This document shows positions 38,160 to 49,500 of a stretch of DNA of 64,000 nucleotides, in pieces. Each line of letters opens with the position of its first letter. Within the stretch, counting starts at the first letter, position 1. The DNA is taken from NCBI GenBank assembly GCA_030704615.1, contig CM060731.1, positions 83,204,001-83,268,000 of the forward strand, in the 5' to 3' direction. This DNA is from Takakia lepidozioides. Taxonomy: Eukaryota; Plantae; Bryophyta. Position numbers and translations under genes: made by a program. A model generated the notes under the pieces. The model saw only the letters and a list, made by a program, of their open reading frames with translations. It was not told the origin of the DNA and ran no database searches.

Positions 38160-38504
38160 TCTGTTCGGCTCCCACACATGCGGAAAGTCCAGGTCCATGA
38201 TGCATAGGAACCACCTGCTCCCCAGCCGGGGTCCAGGAGAATCGTGCAATCCTGCAGGAAACTCCATTGCTCTCAGCTGGACAAGTCGAGGATCGTCCCT
38301 GTAAACATCCAGGAAGACAATGATGTCGTCTGCTTTCGGGAAAATGACTCCCGTCTGGCGTCGATAGATGTGATTCGGGCACGACATGGCCTCACGACAC
38401 AGCACAAACTCAAAGCAGGGAGGAGATGGGCACAACAGAGAAGAGTGAAGAGCAAAATGAGAGCAAGGCCTCCCTCACCGTAAGGCGGGTATTTGCTCTC
38501 CGAC

Positions 38505-38975
38505 GCCCAATTTCGGCGCCGTTATTACATGGAGTGCGGAAGCTTCAGCCGAGAATTTTGTTTCCGCAGGTCAATTTCGGCGCCGTTATTGGTTGCAATC
38601 CCCAGCCTTCAGCCGGGTATTTGGTTTCCGGACCCAATTTCGGCCGTTATCGGCTGCACTCCGGTGGCTTCAGCCGAGTATTTGGTTTCCGGGGCCCATT
38701 TCGGCGCCGTTATCGCCTGCACTCCGGAGGATGCAGCCGGGTATTTGGTTGGCAGAGCCCAATTACTTTCACCGTTGTTGGCTTCACTCCCGAGCCTTCA
38801 GCCCGCTATTTCTTTTCCTGTGCCCAATTACGGCGTCGTTATACCCAACCATCCTGCACTTCTGCAATAGTACTATCCACGGTTATAGGTCGCCATTGCG
38901 TTTTCGGAGTCTGCAAACCCGGATCCTAATTCCGCTTGCGTCTCTGCCTCTGGGATAATTTCGGTGCCGTTATTG
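38505..38975. repeat. Right subterminal array, about 64-bp degenerate units with CAATTTCGGCGCCGTTAT
   Basis: Cores at about 38515, 38579, 38642, 38703, 38832 and 38963. Confidence 0.8.
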
Positions 38976-41574
38976 CCCAGAATTCAGTTATTCTATGACC
39001 TGGCCTGGCGGTCCATGAGCCTGGGCTCCAAGTCATGAGCGTACACTGGTACTCATGAGCGGAGTGCTTCCAGCATGAGCGCGAAAATCTTCGATTTTTG
39101 ATTATTTTATAGTTTTTGGCCCGAAAAAAATCTGCCGAAATTCGAAGTGTGTTACTTTGCGGCTCATGGGTTAGCCATGCCTGCTCATGAGCTCATGGAA
39201 TAGCAACCCCCGGTCTATCCAACCACCCAGCATATTAGTAAGCACCAAACACCACAAAAACGAGTTGTTGCCACAACAATTTGGTTAAGAATGTATCACC
39301 TTTTCTGTTTCATCCACACAGGATGTGGCTAGATGATGGAGCTTCTCCAATGTCATCGTGGGCTTCAGAGCGCGGGAGTAGTGCTTCCCCACCTCCACCA
39401 GAAAGTCGGCACCAAGGGCGGGATCAGCTATGGCCAAGTACTTTACCATCCGCGACTTGTACTTTATGCGGGCCTTCGCCTCCGCAGCTTTGAGATAGGA
39501 TTCCAGTGCCGGGAGGGTTAGTTTCTTCTCCTCTGACTCCATGTAGAACCTCCGCGCATGTGCCAAATCATGTTGAAATTTTGTCTGTCAAGAATGCGCA
39601 CATAAGATTAGAAATCCCGGTCAACACTTTTTTTTCTTTTGGGGGACTAGAGACATTAGCTAAACAAAACAGTAAGAGCTTTACCCGAAATATGTAGTCC
39701 ACCATGGCGTCCACACTTAGCCTATACCAGGTTCTGTCTGCCTTTGCCTCCGACTTGCGCAGGAGGTCAGCACTCAGCGAATTGGCAAACTCTTGCACCC
39801 CCTGCTTCCCAACGTCCTTCACTCGGAAGAGCATATGGGACAAGTTGGTGGCAATGAAGGCATTCTCAGTCACCCTGCAATGCCACATTCCCATCAAACA
39901 ATACTGAAATGGGAATTTGCAACATATATGAGGATTCGCAATGAAATGACTTACAAATTGAAAGTCCAAAAGCAAGAGGCGTTGTAACTTACGAGTCGAT
40001 GTCCGCCATTGCAGCTTTGAGAAGACTGCAATCTTTGGGCCCCACAACCTTCAGCACAACACACTCCACGGCGAAATGCCAATCCAGGTCGTTGGGGTGG
40101 GCTTCGGCTATGTACTCCATCCATGCTAGGAGGCGATGATTGCCGTCCCACACGTAAAACATCTTTCCGGACAAGTGCTGGAAAAGAGGATCAGTAGCAA
40201 TCGATCTCTCGAACTCCTCATTTCGCCTTTGCCAATGGGGACCCCATTTGTCCACCTCATCGGAAGTGTGGGCACGGGAAGCTCCGTGGTCGTTCTCAAT
40301 GGAAACGTAAAACGCGACAGACCCCATTCGATATCCCTCCCGGAAAAAGAATTTCAGCTTGTCGATATCGCCTGGGAGGGCAGGTCTCGCCACCTGCAAT
40401 GACACCAAGCGGCAAAGGGGAATTCGAAGCTTGGCCGGGTACACCATGCCCCCCAACACCCTGCCAATGTTGTTGTGGGTTGCCTCCAACATCTTGGCAG
40501 CGGCCAACTTCATATCCACCTCCGACATGACGTCTGCTGCAGAGGGGTTCTCCGGCAGGCCACCAGGACCGCCAAATCCAGCCTGTATGCTGCGGGTTTG
40601 GGGCCTGGGGATGTCCGGGAGGATGTCATCCTGGTCAGAAAGCTCCCTGTCGTCCTCCTCAACATGGTCAACCACCGGCGGATGCACCTCCACCACTCTC
40701 CCCGTCTCTACTGCCCTCTCCGCGGCTTCACCTCGAACTCCCACAATCCGGGCTCTTTGTGGTGTTCTTTCCTCTCCTCCAGTCTCCACCGTATGGGTGG
40801 CTGCGTGGGCTGCTCCCACCCGCGATGGTGTCACCGGTAAGGATGCAGCCGGTGCGCTACTGCCTTTTTCTGGTGTCTTGGAGGGATCCAGCTTCTCTGT
40901 GCGACCCTCGCTTACGAGAGGTGTCATGTCGTCATCCCTGGCCTCATCAGTGGCCTTTTCTCTTGCCTCCTGGCTAGCCTTACATGTGCGGTCTTCTCCG
41001 TTTTGTTTTTTTGTTTTGGCATCTACAGCCTGGCATCCTTGGGATTATGGAAACTGGCAATGAGCTTAATCCTGCCATTGTGATTAAGTGAGCTGGGATG
41101 GCTGTGAGAAATCCCGTGTGTCACAGTGAGGGTTTGGGGGGGCACTAGCGTAGCTGAGTAGTAGTTGACATGTTTGTGAGTTGTCCAAGTAAGGGGGTTA
41201 GTCAGGAGTTGGTCGGTAGAGAGTATTGAGAGCCATAGGGACTCGGGGTTATGGTCAAAGTGGGCGAGGAAGGTCTGCAGACCGATCTGTAGGGGAGCAT
41301 TCAAGGTATAGTCATGCATAAGAGGGGGGGGCAGGGGTTAACGTGGGTTTTGAGACTAGTAGAGAGAGAGTAACAACATTGCGTTAAAGTTGTATGAGGT
41401 TTCACAAGCAAGCAAAGGGAGAGAGTGGGGCGTGTACACCTGGTATGTTGCCGTGTCTCCTCGTTGTTTGTGAGCAGGGGTTGGGGATGCCTAACATTGG
41501 GGGAGGTTGGGGAAGCAGTCGCCCCGCTCCAGCTATCCACGTTGAAATCATTCAATGCCACGCCATTCTGCTTT

Positions 41575-41720
41575 CCAGCTTGCAGGCTTTGTATCTTGAT
41601 GCACTATGCAAGAGACAGACATAAGTATGTGATTTTGCAAAAATGCCTCTTTCGCTCAAAATCTGTAGAGCCTCTTTCAGTTGCCCTGCCTCACATAGGG
41701 TCCTCACATGCCCGGAAGTG
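41575..41720 (-). pseudogene. PPR protein N-terminal fragment
   Basis: GHVRTLCEAGQLKEALQILSERGIFAKSHTYVCLL resembles the first helical repeat of plant PPR proteins. No further repeats follow. Confidence 0.55.
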
Positions 41721-44700
41721 CCAGGAGTATGGCAGACTCCCTGGAACAGTGGGACAGAGTGGTAAAGCATACTGTTGTGGCAACTGGGCTGTGGAGACTG
41801 ACTTGGACGTCTGGGGACTCCTCTTGGTCCTCTTTCGGAAGCTATGGTCATGGTGGAGGGGCCTGATTTTATCAACTGTGCAGCTGCCACGTCTGCTTCC
41901 AGTTGACCATGTACGGTAGTCTCTAAAATAATAGCCAGCAGCCTGTTGTGGACGATCATTTTTGATGTGAGAGAATCAAACACAACCCGCCAATGAGGTG
42001 ATGTCGTGGGGGCCATATTGAAATCATTGGAGGGCAATGCATTGGCAATGCATGTCGCTGTTCTTTGCATCAGCATTGCATGCCACCATGCATATCTACA
42101 CAGACTCATTCCTCCAAGAGCTTTCCGTTGCAAGAGTGTGCCCGTGCAAGCCAGATCTGCGAAGTGCAGTATGGGAACACTCTCCACCATGTATTGCATG
42201 AAAATAGAAAAAATATTTGAGTTGGGCACCCAGCCATTACACCCTGAGTTCCCCCTGAAGATGACAGTTGAGCTGTGCATGTGTGGTGCCGTGGGGTATG
42301 TGGCGGGAGTTTTTTGAGTTGCATCATTTTCTTGGACAAGGTTTGCCATTTGCCCCACCTGTGATTCAAGCTCCTGTACTCTTTCATGTCCCAGCTGTGC
42401 TATCATTGTTTGGAGTCCACCAAACTCTCCTCTTGACTTTGCCAATCTTTGTATTACAGCCCCATACTGGGCCTCGGCAGTACCAGTTCTCTCTTGCAGA
42501 GCCACCAATTTCTCATGCAGTTCCAAGGCAACACTATCTAGTGAATATTTGAACAGACAGGAGGAGAGTGCATGGGTGTAACACCTGAAACATCCATAAT
42601 GGGTCCATAAAGAAGGAGTGAAGACCTGTTGTTGGGATGTGGCCTTGGTATTAGAGCATGTAGCTAGTTGGAGATGGTGTGAGGTGAGGGAAGTTATGGT
42701 GGTCGAGCTCCAACTCCTCACGCAGGTAGCCTCTGAAGTCAGATTCGTCGGTTGAAGGTCGGAAGGGCGCCAGAGATAGGGGTGAAGCCTCCGAGCTCGC
42801 CAAGGTGCTGTCGTGAGCCAAAAAGTAGGTAGCACTCGGTTCAAAAAGGCTGAGCGTGCTCTCAGCTGCGTGGGCGTGCAATGTAACCCTAAAGTGTTGT
42901 CTGTATGCTTGCCTCCGGGGGCTGCGATAGTCTTGAAGCGGAGGCAGCAGGGGTGGAGTAGTCCGTAATGAAAAGAAGTCACCCCGCATATATTCGAAGT
43001 GATAGCAGTGAAACATAAAGGTTGTGAAACTACCGACATGCAATCGCTTGGAGGAACCATAAGGGCAGAGAACCCTTAATATACTTTCAAGATCGCCAGT
43101 TGGGATAATGAATATGTTGTGCATGGGGGCGGTAGTAACCTCCCCGTTGTGAGTATAAATCGTCATTGGGTGCTGAAGGGACAGGTGCCCCGAGGTCTTC
43201 CAGGAGACACTATAGAGCTCGCTGGCAGCCTAAACTGGTCGATGGTAAAGATGTGTCGCCTTAGGGATATCAATCGAAGTGGGGCTCCAAGCTTGATACA
43301 TAGAGGGGGGATGGGAGATATCCCAGCTGAGTAGCTTGGTGTCGTAGCACACAGAGGACTGAGAGGGAATAATGCAAACAACTTGCTTGGTGGTAGCCTC
43401 TGAATCAGTCTTGGAAGAGCACAACCATGTGCGGTGTTGGAGATGAGGGCAACCCACTAAGGCCAATGGCTTCTACAAAGTGACAATCTCGGCGGGGGTA
43501 AGGCGAGAGTGGGCAAAATTAAACGTTAGAGTATCAATTGAGACGCGCGGCTCAGCATGAAACAACAGGGAAGGGGAGCAGATCGGCCAGCAGTAAAGCG
43601 GGGCGCCTTTGCAAGTGCAGAGCTCCGGAGTCAAGCTAACGGCAGCAATAGATGATGGAGTGCTATCACGAGTAGCAATAAAAAGCAAGGCAGCTTCGCA
43701 GGGATTAGACCGCTGGTAAACATCTGCCACATAAAGGATGGGGGAGCACGAATCATTGCAACTTCCAGTTGTGGGAGCTCCGACAGTATAAACATGATCT
43801 GCAAATGTCTCCAACTGCGATGACGAAATGCAGTCACAAGAAGTTGCAGGGCGGGTAGCTGGGCTAGTAGAAACCATGTTGGCAAGAGAGTGTCGATAAG
43901 GGGGCATCAATATCATTAAAAAGTTGCACGGTGGAATCATTTGATCTCGCCGCAACAAGGTGGGAGCTTCAGTCATGTGTTGCCGAGCTGAGACGATGTT
44001 ATGGGAGAACTCCAGGGACGCGGCTTGAGCATGCAGGTGGGTGGACAGCCGATTATGAACAGCCATTGAAAACAAGAGGATAAGAAAACAACAGGAGAAA
44101 ACTAGGTCCATAGCACACTAACAAATGAATGAAATTGTCTACAAATTCATCCATGTCTCTCATTCATGAAAGGTAATCTATATTCGGAGTCCATGTGTAA
44201 AATGGCTAAGTGCAAGTTAGTGTTTGAGAGTCCAATTGTGGACAAACTGGGAATGTGACAGCCCAGAGTGCAGGTCCTAAGAGTCCATAGCTCCATGAAA
44301 AATCATCTAATTTGTAAAATAATCATACCAACATGTAGATATGGTAGATGGCTAGCAACATTCAATCTCATTTAGGATGAAGATAAACTTATTTGCACAA
44401 TGTTACAAATAATATGAAGATCACTCACTGAAAAACTGAAGTGTGACGTCCAAATTGAGCCTGAGCCTGCACTCACCCCACTTTGTCCGCTATCCGTCAG
44501 CGTGGAAGTCGGCACCAACTTCATAGCTTGCAGTGACACAGTGTGCTCATTTGCAGATTTGCTGTTGACATCCGAAAGTCGGCACCGACTTCCTCAGTTG
44601 AGGAAGTGACGTGGGGCCTCCGGTTTTCATTGCCCTTACTTCATGCGAGGTAGAGTGTCATAACGCATGATTACTTTGTTCTCCTTCCAACGTCGGCACA

Positions 44701-44769
44701 AACTTTCGAATGCAGTACTGGCCATGTGCATTCATACTGCTCAGAGTTAGTCCATGCAAGCTGGCAAGC

Positions 44770-46010
44770 TGGAAGTGGAGCAGTTTAGTACACAACAACA
44801 CGACATGATATCAGTCGATCGCTTCTGCAGACAGCTGTATATATGAAGTTCTTGAGGGGAGAGCATAAGGGAGTTGGGCCAAACCGGGAGGAACTACTCT
44901 TGCGCGCCGCATGGAGGTCCAATGATCCCATGAAATGGGGGTAGGCGGTAAAGTCATGCATTGTAGGGACACCATTGCACAGCCACGCAGAGGGTTTGGA
45001 AGGTGATATTGTCACAAAGACCACAAAGCGGAAGATACTAGTTTGTGACCTTCAAGACGACGAAGAAGAACACTCTTGGAGGGCAGACAGGAACCTGAAG
45101 ATGGGACCAAGGAAGGCACATAGTGCTGGTGGATCCAGACAGAACCCTTGAAAGCCATTCAGATGACGACATGCATAGCGTAGGCACAAGTTTTCCCGTC
45201 CAATATGGCAAGCCTGTTTTTGAGACGTCCGTGTCCACAGCTCTGTGGCATATTGCAAGAACAACCGATGCATCTCGGGCAAAATGTTGGGCTATCCGGG
45301 TGGATAACAACCTTGTAGACAGCCTATTTGGAGTGCCCAATCCTGGGGAGTTCCGGCTCCCCGCTTCGAGGGAATTTTCCAGCTGCCATTCTTTGCTTGC
45401 AAGTGGCAAGATGCAAGAGTTCTGGTTCTGTCCACATGACATTCAGCAGTGTATTCGTGGAAGGGTTCACAAGGATGTGAAGGACAGACAAGATCCACCC
45501 CATGTATGGCCAGTAATGGTTGGGACGAATTTGACCCAAGATGAAGTGAACTGTCTGTCAGCCGCGAGATTCAGACTCGTTCCCCGGGATGATGTTCGAT
45601 GATGTTCCTCAATTGAATGTGGATGCAGAGTATGCAGCTTCGTTCTGTACACTTCAAGATCGTGACTATTATCCAAAAACTAGGTGGAACAAGGCCTACA
45701 ACCGCAAGAAACAATCTGCAGTTAATAGGGCAAAAGTCCGGTTGGCAATGTCTCTGACAGCCACCATTCCATGATGTCCCTCAACCAGGAATTGGGAGAG
45801 TTTACAATGTCAACACTGCAGGGTCAACCAAAAATGGGGAGGTCTACAAGGTCTCTATCGACACTTACCCAGACTGCACCTGTATAGATTTTGTGAAGAT
45901 GCGAAACCTAAAGGACCTTATGCAATGCCGACTTGCCAGTGATAAGCTACCCAACTCTAAGTATTAATGAGATCTGCTCCATGCTTCGGATTGACCCATG
46001 TACTTGGAAG
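44770..46010 (+). pseudogene. Third, heavily decayed MULE transposase C-terminal half
   Basis: QYGKPVFETSVSTALWHIART...EFWFCPHDIQQC...PPHVWPVMVGTNLTQDEV matches 6886-8124. SWIM-like YKVSIDTYPDCTCIDF at about 45845-45895. Confidence 0.8.
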
Positions 46011-46505
46011 GAGTAGAAGAGGACTGGATCCTATTTACAATGATTTGCTGCTCTACAATGGGACTGTTTGTTAGTGGCAGCAGACCTCAAACATTTGGGA
46101 GATACACTCTGCAAGTCTTTTCCCATTTATGACAGACTTTTAAAGGCTATGGGGAAGGGACTTCCCATTCACAATCACTTCTGGAATATAGACGCGTTCA
46201 ATGAAGAGATAAGCTTAGGGAAATTGGGCTGGGAGAGTGAGGGGCCGTGCACAACTCATTGACCATTATGGCCTACAGCCATAACCGCCCAGGATACATG
46301 AGTTTTCAAAGCTCGTTAGATAAGAGGGGGCCGGTGTGGTCCTTTGCACAACCTTCACTAGGTGAATGAGAGCATTCCAAAGGCCCTCACTTCTATGTGT
46401 GACAAGGGCATAATATACAGATGTAATTTACTTGTCTACTGCATGGGATTTGCAGTGACAGGATAATATAGATTAACTAAATGACTTAATTTTCAACCAT
46501 ACCTA

Positions 46506-49500
46506 TCATAGGACATCAGTACAGCGAACACAACATCGATTCAAAATTGTTTCTACAACACTTCCAGCCTCAGGGACAAGCTGAGCAGTCAATCCATTCC
46601 ATAAATGCGCTGTGTAGGACTCCTCCAATATTTTAGTCAGCAATTCTCCCTGTTCTTGCTGTTGGTGTGTTTCCACTGGTCCTTTTAAGTACCTGAAGAG
46701 AAAGAGCAGAGGTGTAAACAATCTCAAGAGAGACTCGCCATTGCGAAAGCCTTTGAAGTCCCACTACAAATCAAGAAAATAAGGTGAGAACAAAAACATC
46801 CTCTCATAAGGTGAGAAATTGCATAGACAGACTACCTGGAAATGTTAGTCTTATCGAGTGGGAAGAAAGCAAATGGTGGCTGTATTTGCAGCATGTCTGG
46901 CACATCTGGCCACTTTTCACCCCTCTCATTTAAGGTGGAATTGGCAACACGGGTCAATAGGCCAGCCCCATTCCACTGTAACAATTCCGCATCATATGTA
47001 GCTGTAAACTCTGCCAGGCATTCCCTCAGAAACAGACTGCAAATACAAAAGCAACTCTGAGTTAGCAAATTGAAAAACTGTATAAACTGACACTCGCAGC
47101 ATGGACAAGACTAGATGGGATTTACATAACAATGTTTAGATGCAACACAAGGCACAAACATTCTACATAAATGGTTGAGAACTTCACCTAGATTTGTTGA
47201 AGACCATAACAGCGCCATTGAGCTGCAGCTCCCCCTCTCCAGTAAACTCTGATCCCACCATGTTGTGGAGTGTGTCCAAGGGCTTCAATACAATCATATC
47301 CATGTCCAAGTAAAGCCCTCCATACCTGCCTTGATCCAGCATTTTCACAAGCAGCACCTATTTTAGACGCCTGGTTACCTTCGGCAGCAAGACAAATGCT
47401 CATAGAGAGCAGGAGAAGCAGGGGCAGGTAGGGCAGTTCCGCGGGAGTGTTCCAAGGCAAGAGACAAACATTTAGACACACAGAGGCCAAGGGCACTGAG
47501 GCATTTGTGACAGCAAGAGCAAGCCTTGTTTGACAGTACTGCTTTTCTGATCACACTCAGAACACATAAAAGCAGACAAGCTACCACAAAAATGAGCTTT
47601 GGCCCTGCTAGGATACACAAAGAAGCTATCAACCTGGAAAAAGGGAGACCAATCAGCATATTTACATATGGAAATACTGAAAAGAGAAAATGCGTAGGAA
47701 CTGCATGCTGAGTACCACTTTCAAAAGATAACCTGATCCCATATCAACAAGCTAAAATCAGAGGGTCCCTCATATCACTGACTTGTAGAGGGCAGCCAAG
47801 CGCAAGAGCTCAGTGTAGTGGATGTAGAACAACTTAAGTCTGCGCCACTTCAACCAAACAGAGGCAAACACATCGGCAGGCGTGTCTGCAAGGAGTTCCT
47901 CCAAATTAGGCATCACCACCGCCACCTTATATCTGCACAAGACCACTCCAGCTCACATAAATATAACTGCTCCAGCACTTGGATCCAAGTCATTGGCCAC
48001 ATCAAGAGTCCATACCCAGACCCCTTTCCCCAAGTAAAACTGGCCTCCTCTTTCCTCTCTGAAAGATACACAAAACTAGCTAGCACACATCCTAGACTCC
48101 GACTTACTGTATATGCTTTGGAGAAATTACAGTAAAAAGAAAAATTGCTGAATTGATTCGTACGTATGCAACAGCAGATGAGTTGTCAGACATATCAAAC
48201 AATATACAAATATTTTCTGTACAAACACAGTCAGAGTTTGGTCAGTACCCTTCTTGGACAAAGGTCTCGAAAAAATTGGATTCAATCGATTCTGAAAAGA
48301 CAACAACACAGGCATGTGGGTGAAAATGGAGCAGACTCTCCAGCGCACGCTGGTGGCGGACTGTAAACGACCAGGGGGGGGTGGTCCAAGCCATGAAAAC
48401 CCTCAAGGTGCACCCCTCTTGATATAAGAACTCAACCATAAATTTGGAGAAGGAGACAGAGGGAGATATCCCTGGGAATTGGCCCCACTGTCTTTTGCCC
48501 TCGGCATCTAGAGTTTGGGACCCATTGCTGGTATCCTCAGGAAATGTTCGAAAATCCTCATTTTGGGCCTCTGTCGAGCTCTGCTTGGCACTTATCAGCA
48601 GCACCTGGGATGTTTGACCACTACTTGCAACCCATTCCAGATCACCCGTCAAATTTTCAGATGAAGTTTTGAAAACCTCAAGTTTCTCATCAACTACACT
48701 CATGATGTGAGCATTTCCAGCCTTGGTATCCTTGTATGACCCTCTCAAACCTCTGCTTTTTAATCCTCCTGCATGCTCACCATCCAATCCCCCACTTGAT
48801 TTTTCTTCTATGAAAAACCCTGCACTTCTGTCTGTTCTTTCCTTAGAAGACCCCTTCATTGACACCTTCCTTGGCTGGGATGATTTCTGTTCAGTTTCTA
48901 AGCTACTCAGTAATTGTTGCAGTGTGCCTGGTTGCCTGATCCCATCCTTCTCGGTACTGCTCAGCTCCTTTCTCCCTCTCAAATGCCCACTGGGTGATCG
49001 GTGGTCACTGCCATAGCCATCGGCTCTCATAGCCCTCAATATAGCTTTGTCACTTTTGGTCATCCAAGAGCCAGGGCTAGTATCAGGATCCTGTAACATT
49101 GGAATATTGGCAGGGTTCACTGGGTTGAACACCCGTCTGCCCTTTTTCTGCTGGTGCCCAGCCTTCCCGGTGGGTGTTTTAGCCAGGGATTTGAACGATG
49201 CTCCCTCTCCGTTAAGTAGCAATGCATCCTCAATCTCTACCAGTTCCTCAAGTTGCCGCTGCACATCTTCATCCAAAGGCTCATCATCGGTGTTGTACTG
49301 CTCTTTCAAGGTCTCCACAAACTCTTTAAATCCCCGTAGCTGGTGCATGGCCGACTTTGCAGCCACCTCCTCTCCTACCCCTAACAACTTCACATTCGTC
49401 ACATCTGGATCTGTCAGGACGATGTTTGAGTCTGATTTGTCAGACCCACCATTTTCTACCTTTTCTAAGGCCATCTTTCTGACTCCCAGTGCTTGGTCCC

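Larger units (their letters stand above)
28154..39211. mobile_element. MULE element B, both ends present, 11058 bp, 9-bp TSD GGTCTATCC
   Basis: TSD at 28145-28153 and 39212-39220. Left TIR GAGGTTTACTATTTCATGAGC versus right TIR reverse complement GGGGGTTGCTATTCCATGAGC (17/21 match). Removing the element restores an acceptor AG and the exon TRWLQIWNG. Confidence 0.95.
23878..41022 (-). mobile_element. MULE element A, ParB-MTase-bearing half (TIR at 23878), interrupted by element B
   Basis: The terminus GGGGGCTGCTATTTCATGAGCGGCATGAGC sits next to the matching TSD. It shares the asymmetric motif variant with 6057-11400. The inner boundary is unknown (at or beyond 41022). Confidence 0.8.
24290..41022 (-). 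pseudogene. ParB/Srx-like plus beta-class N4/N6 DNA methyltransferase-like spliced gene, copy A (split by element B; nonsense and frameshift lesions)
   Basis: FYVWDGNHRLLAW (about 40133-40147). Approximate exons 41022-39992, 39872-39686, 39570-39298, 28147-28023, 27926-27713, 26430-25310, 25222-24958 and 24875-24670. Motifs DMILLDIPDG and RILDLTCGTG, then GASMWAGTLSDRHVFAFEPD. Confidence 0.8.
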
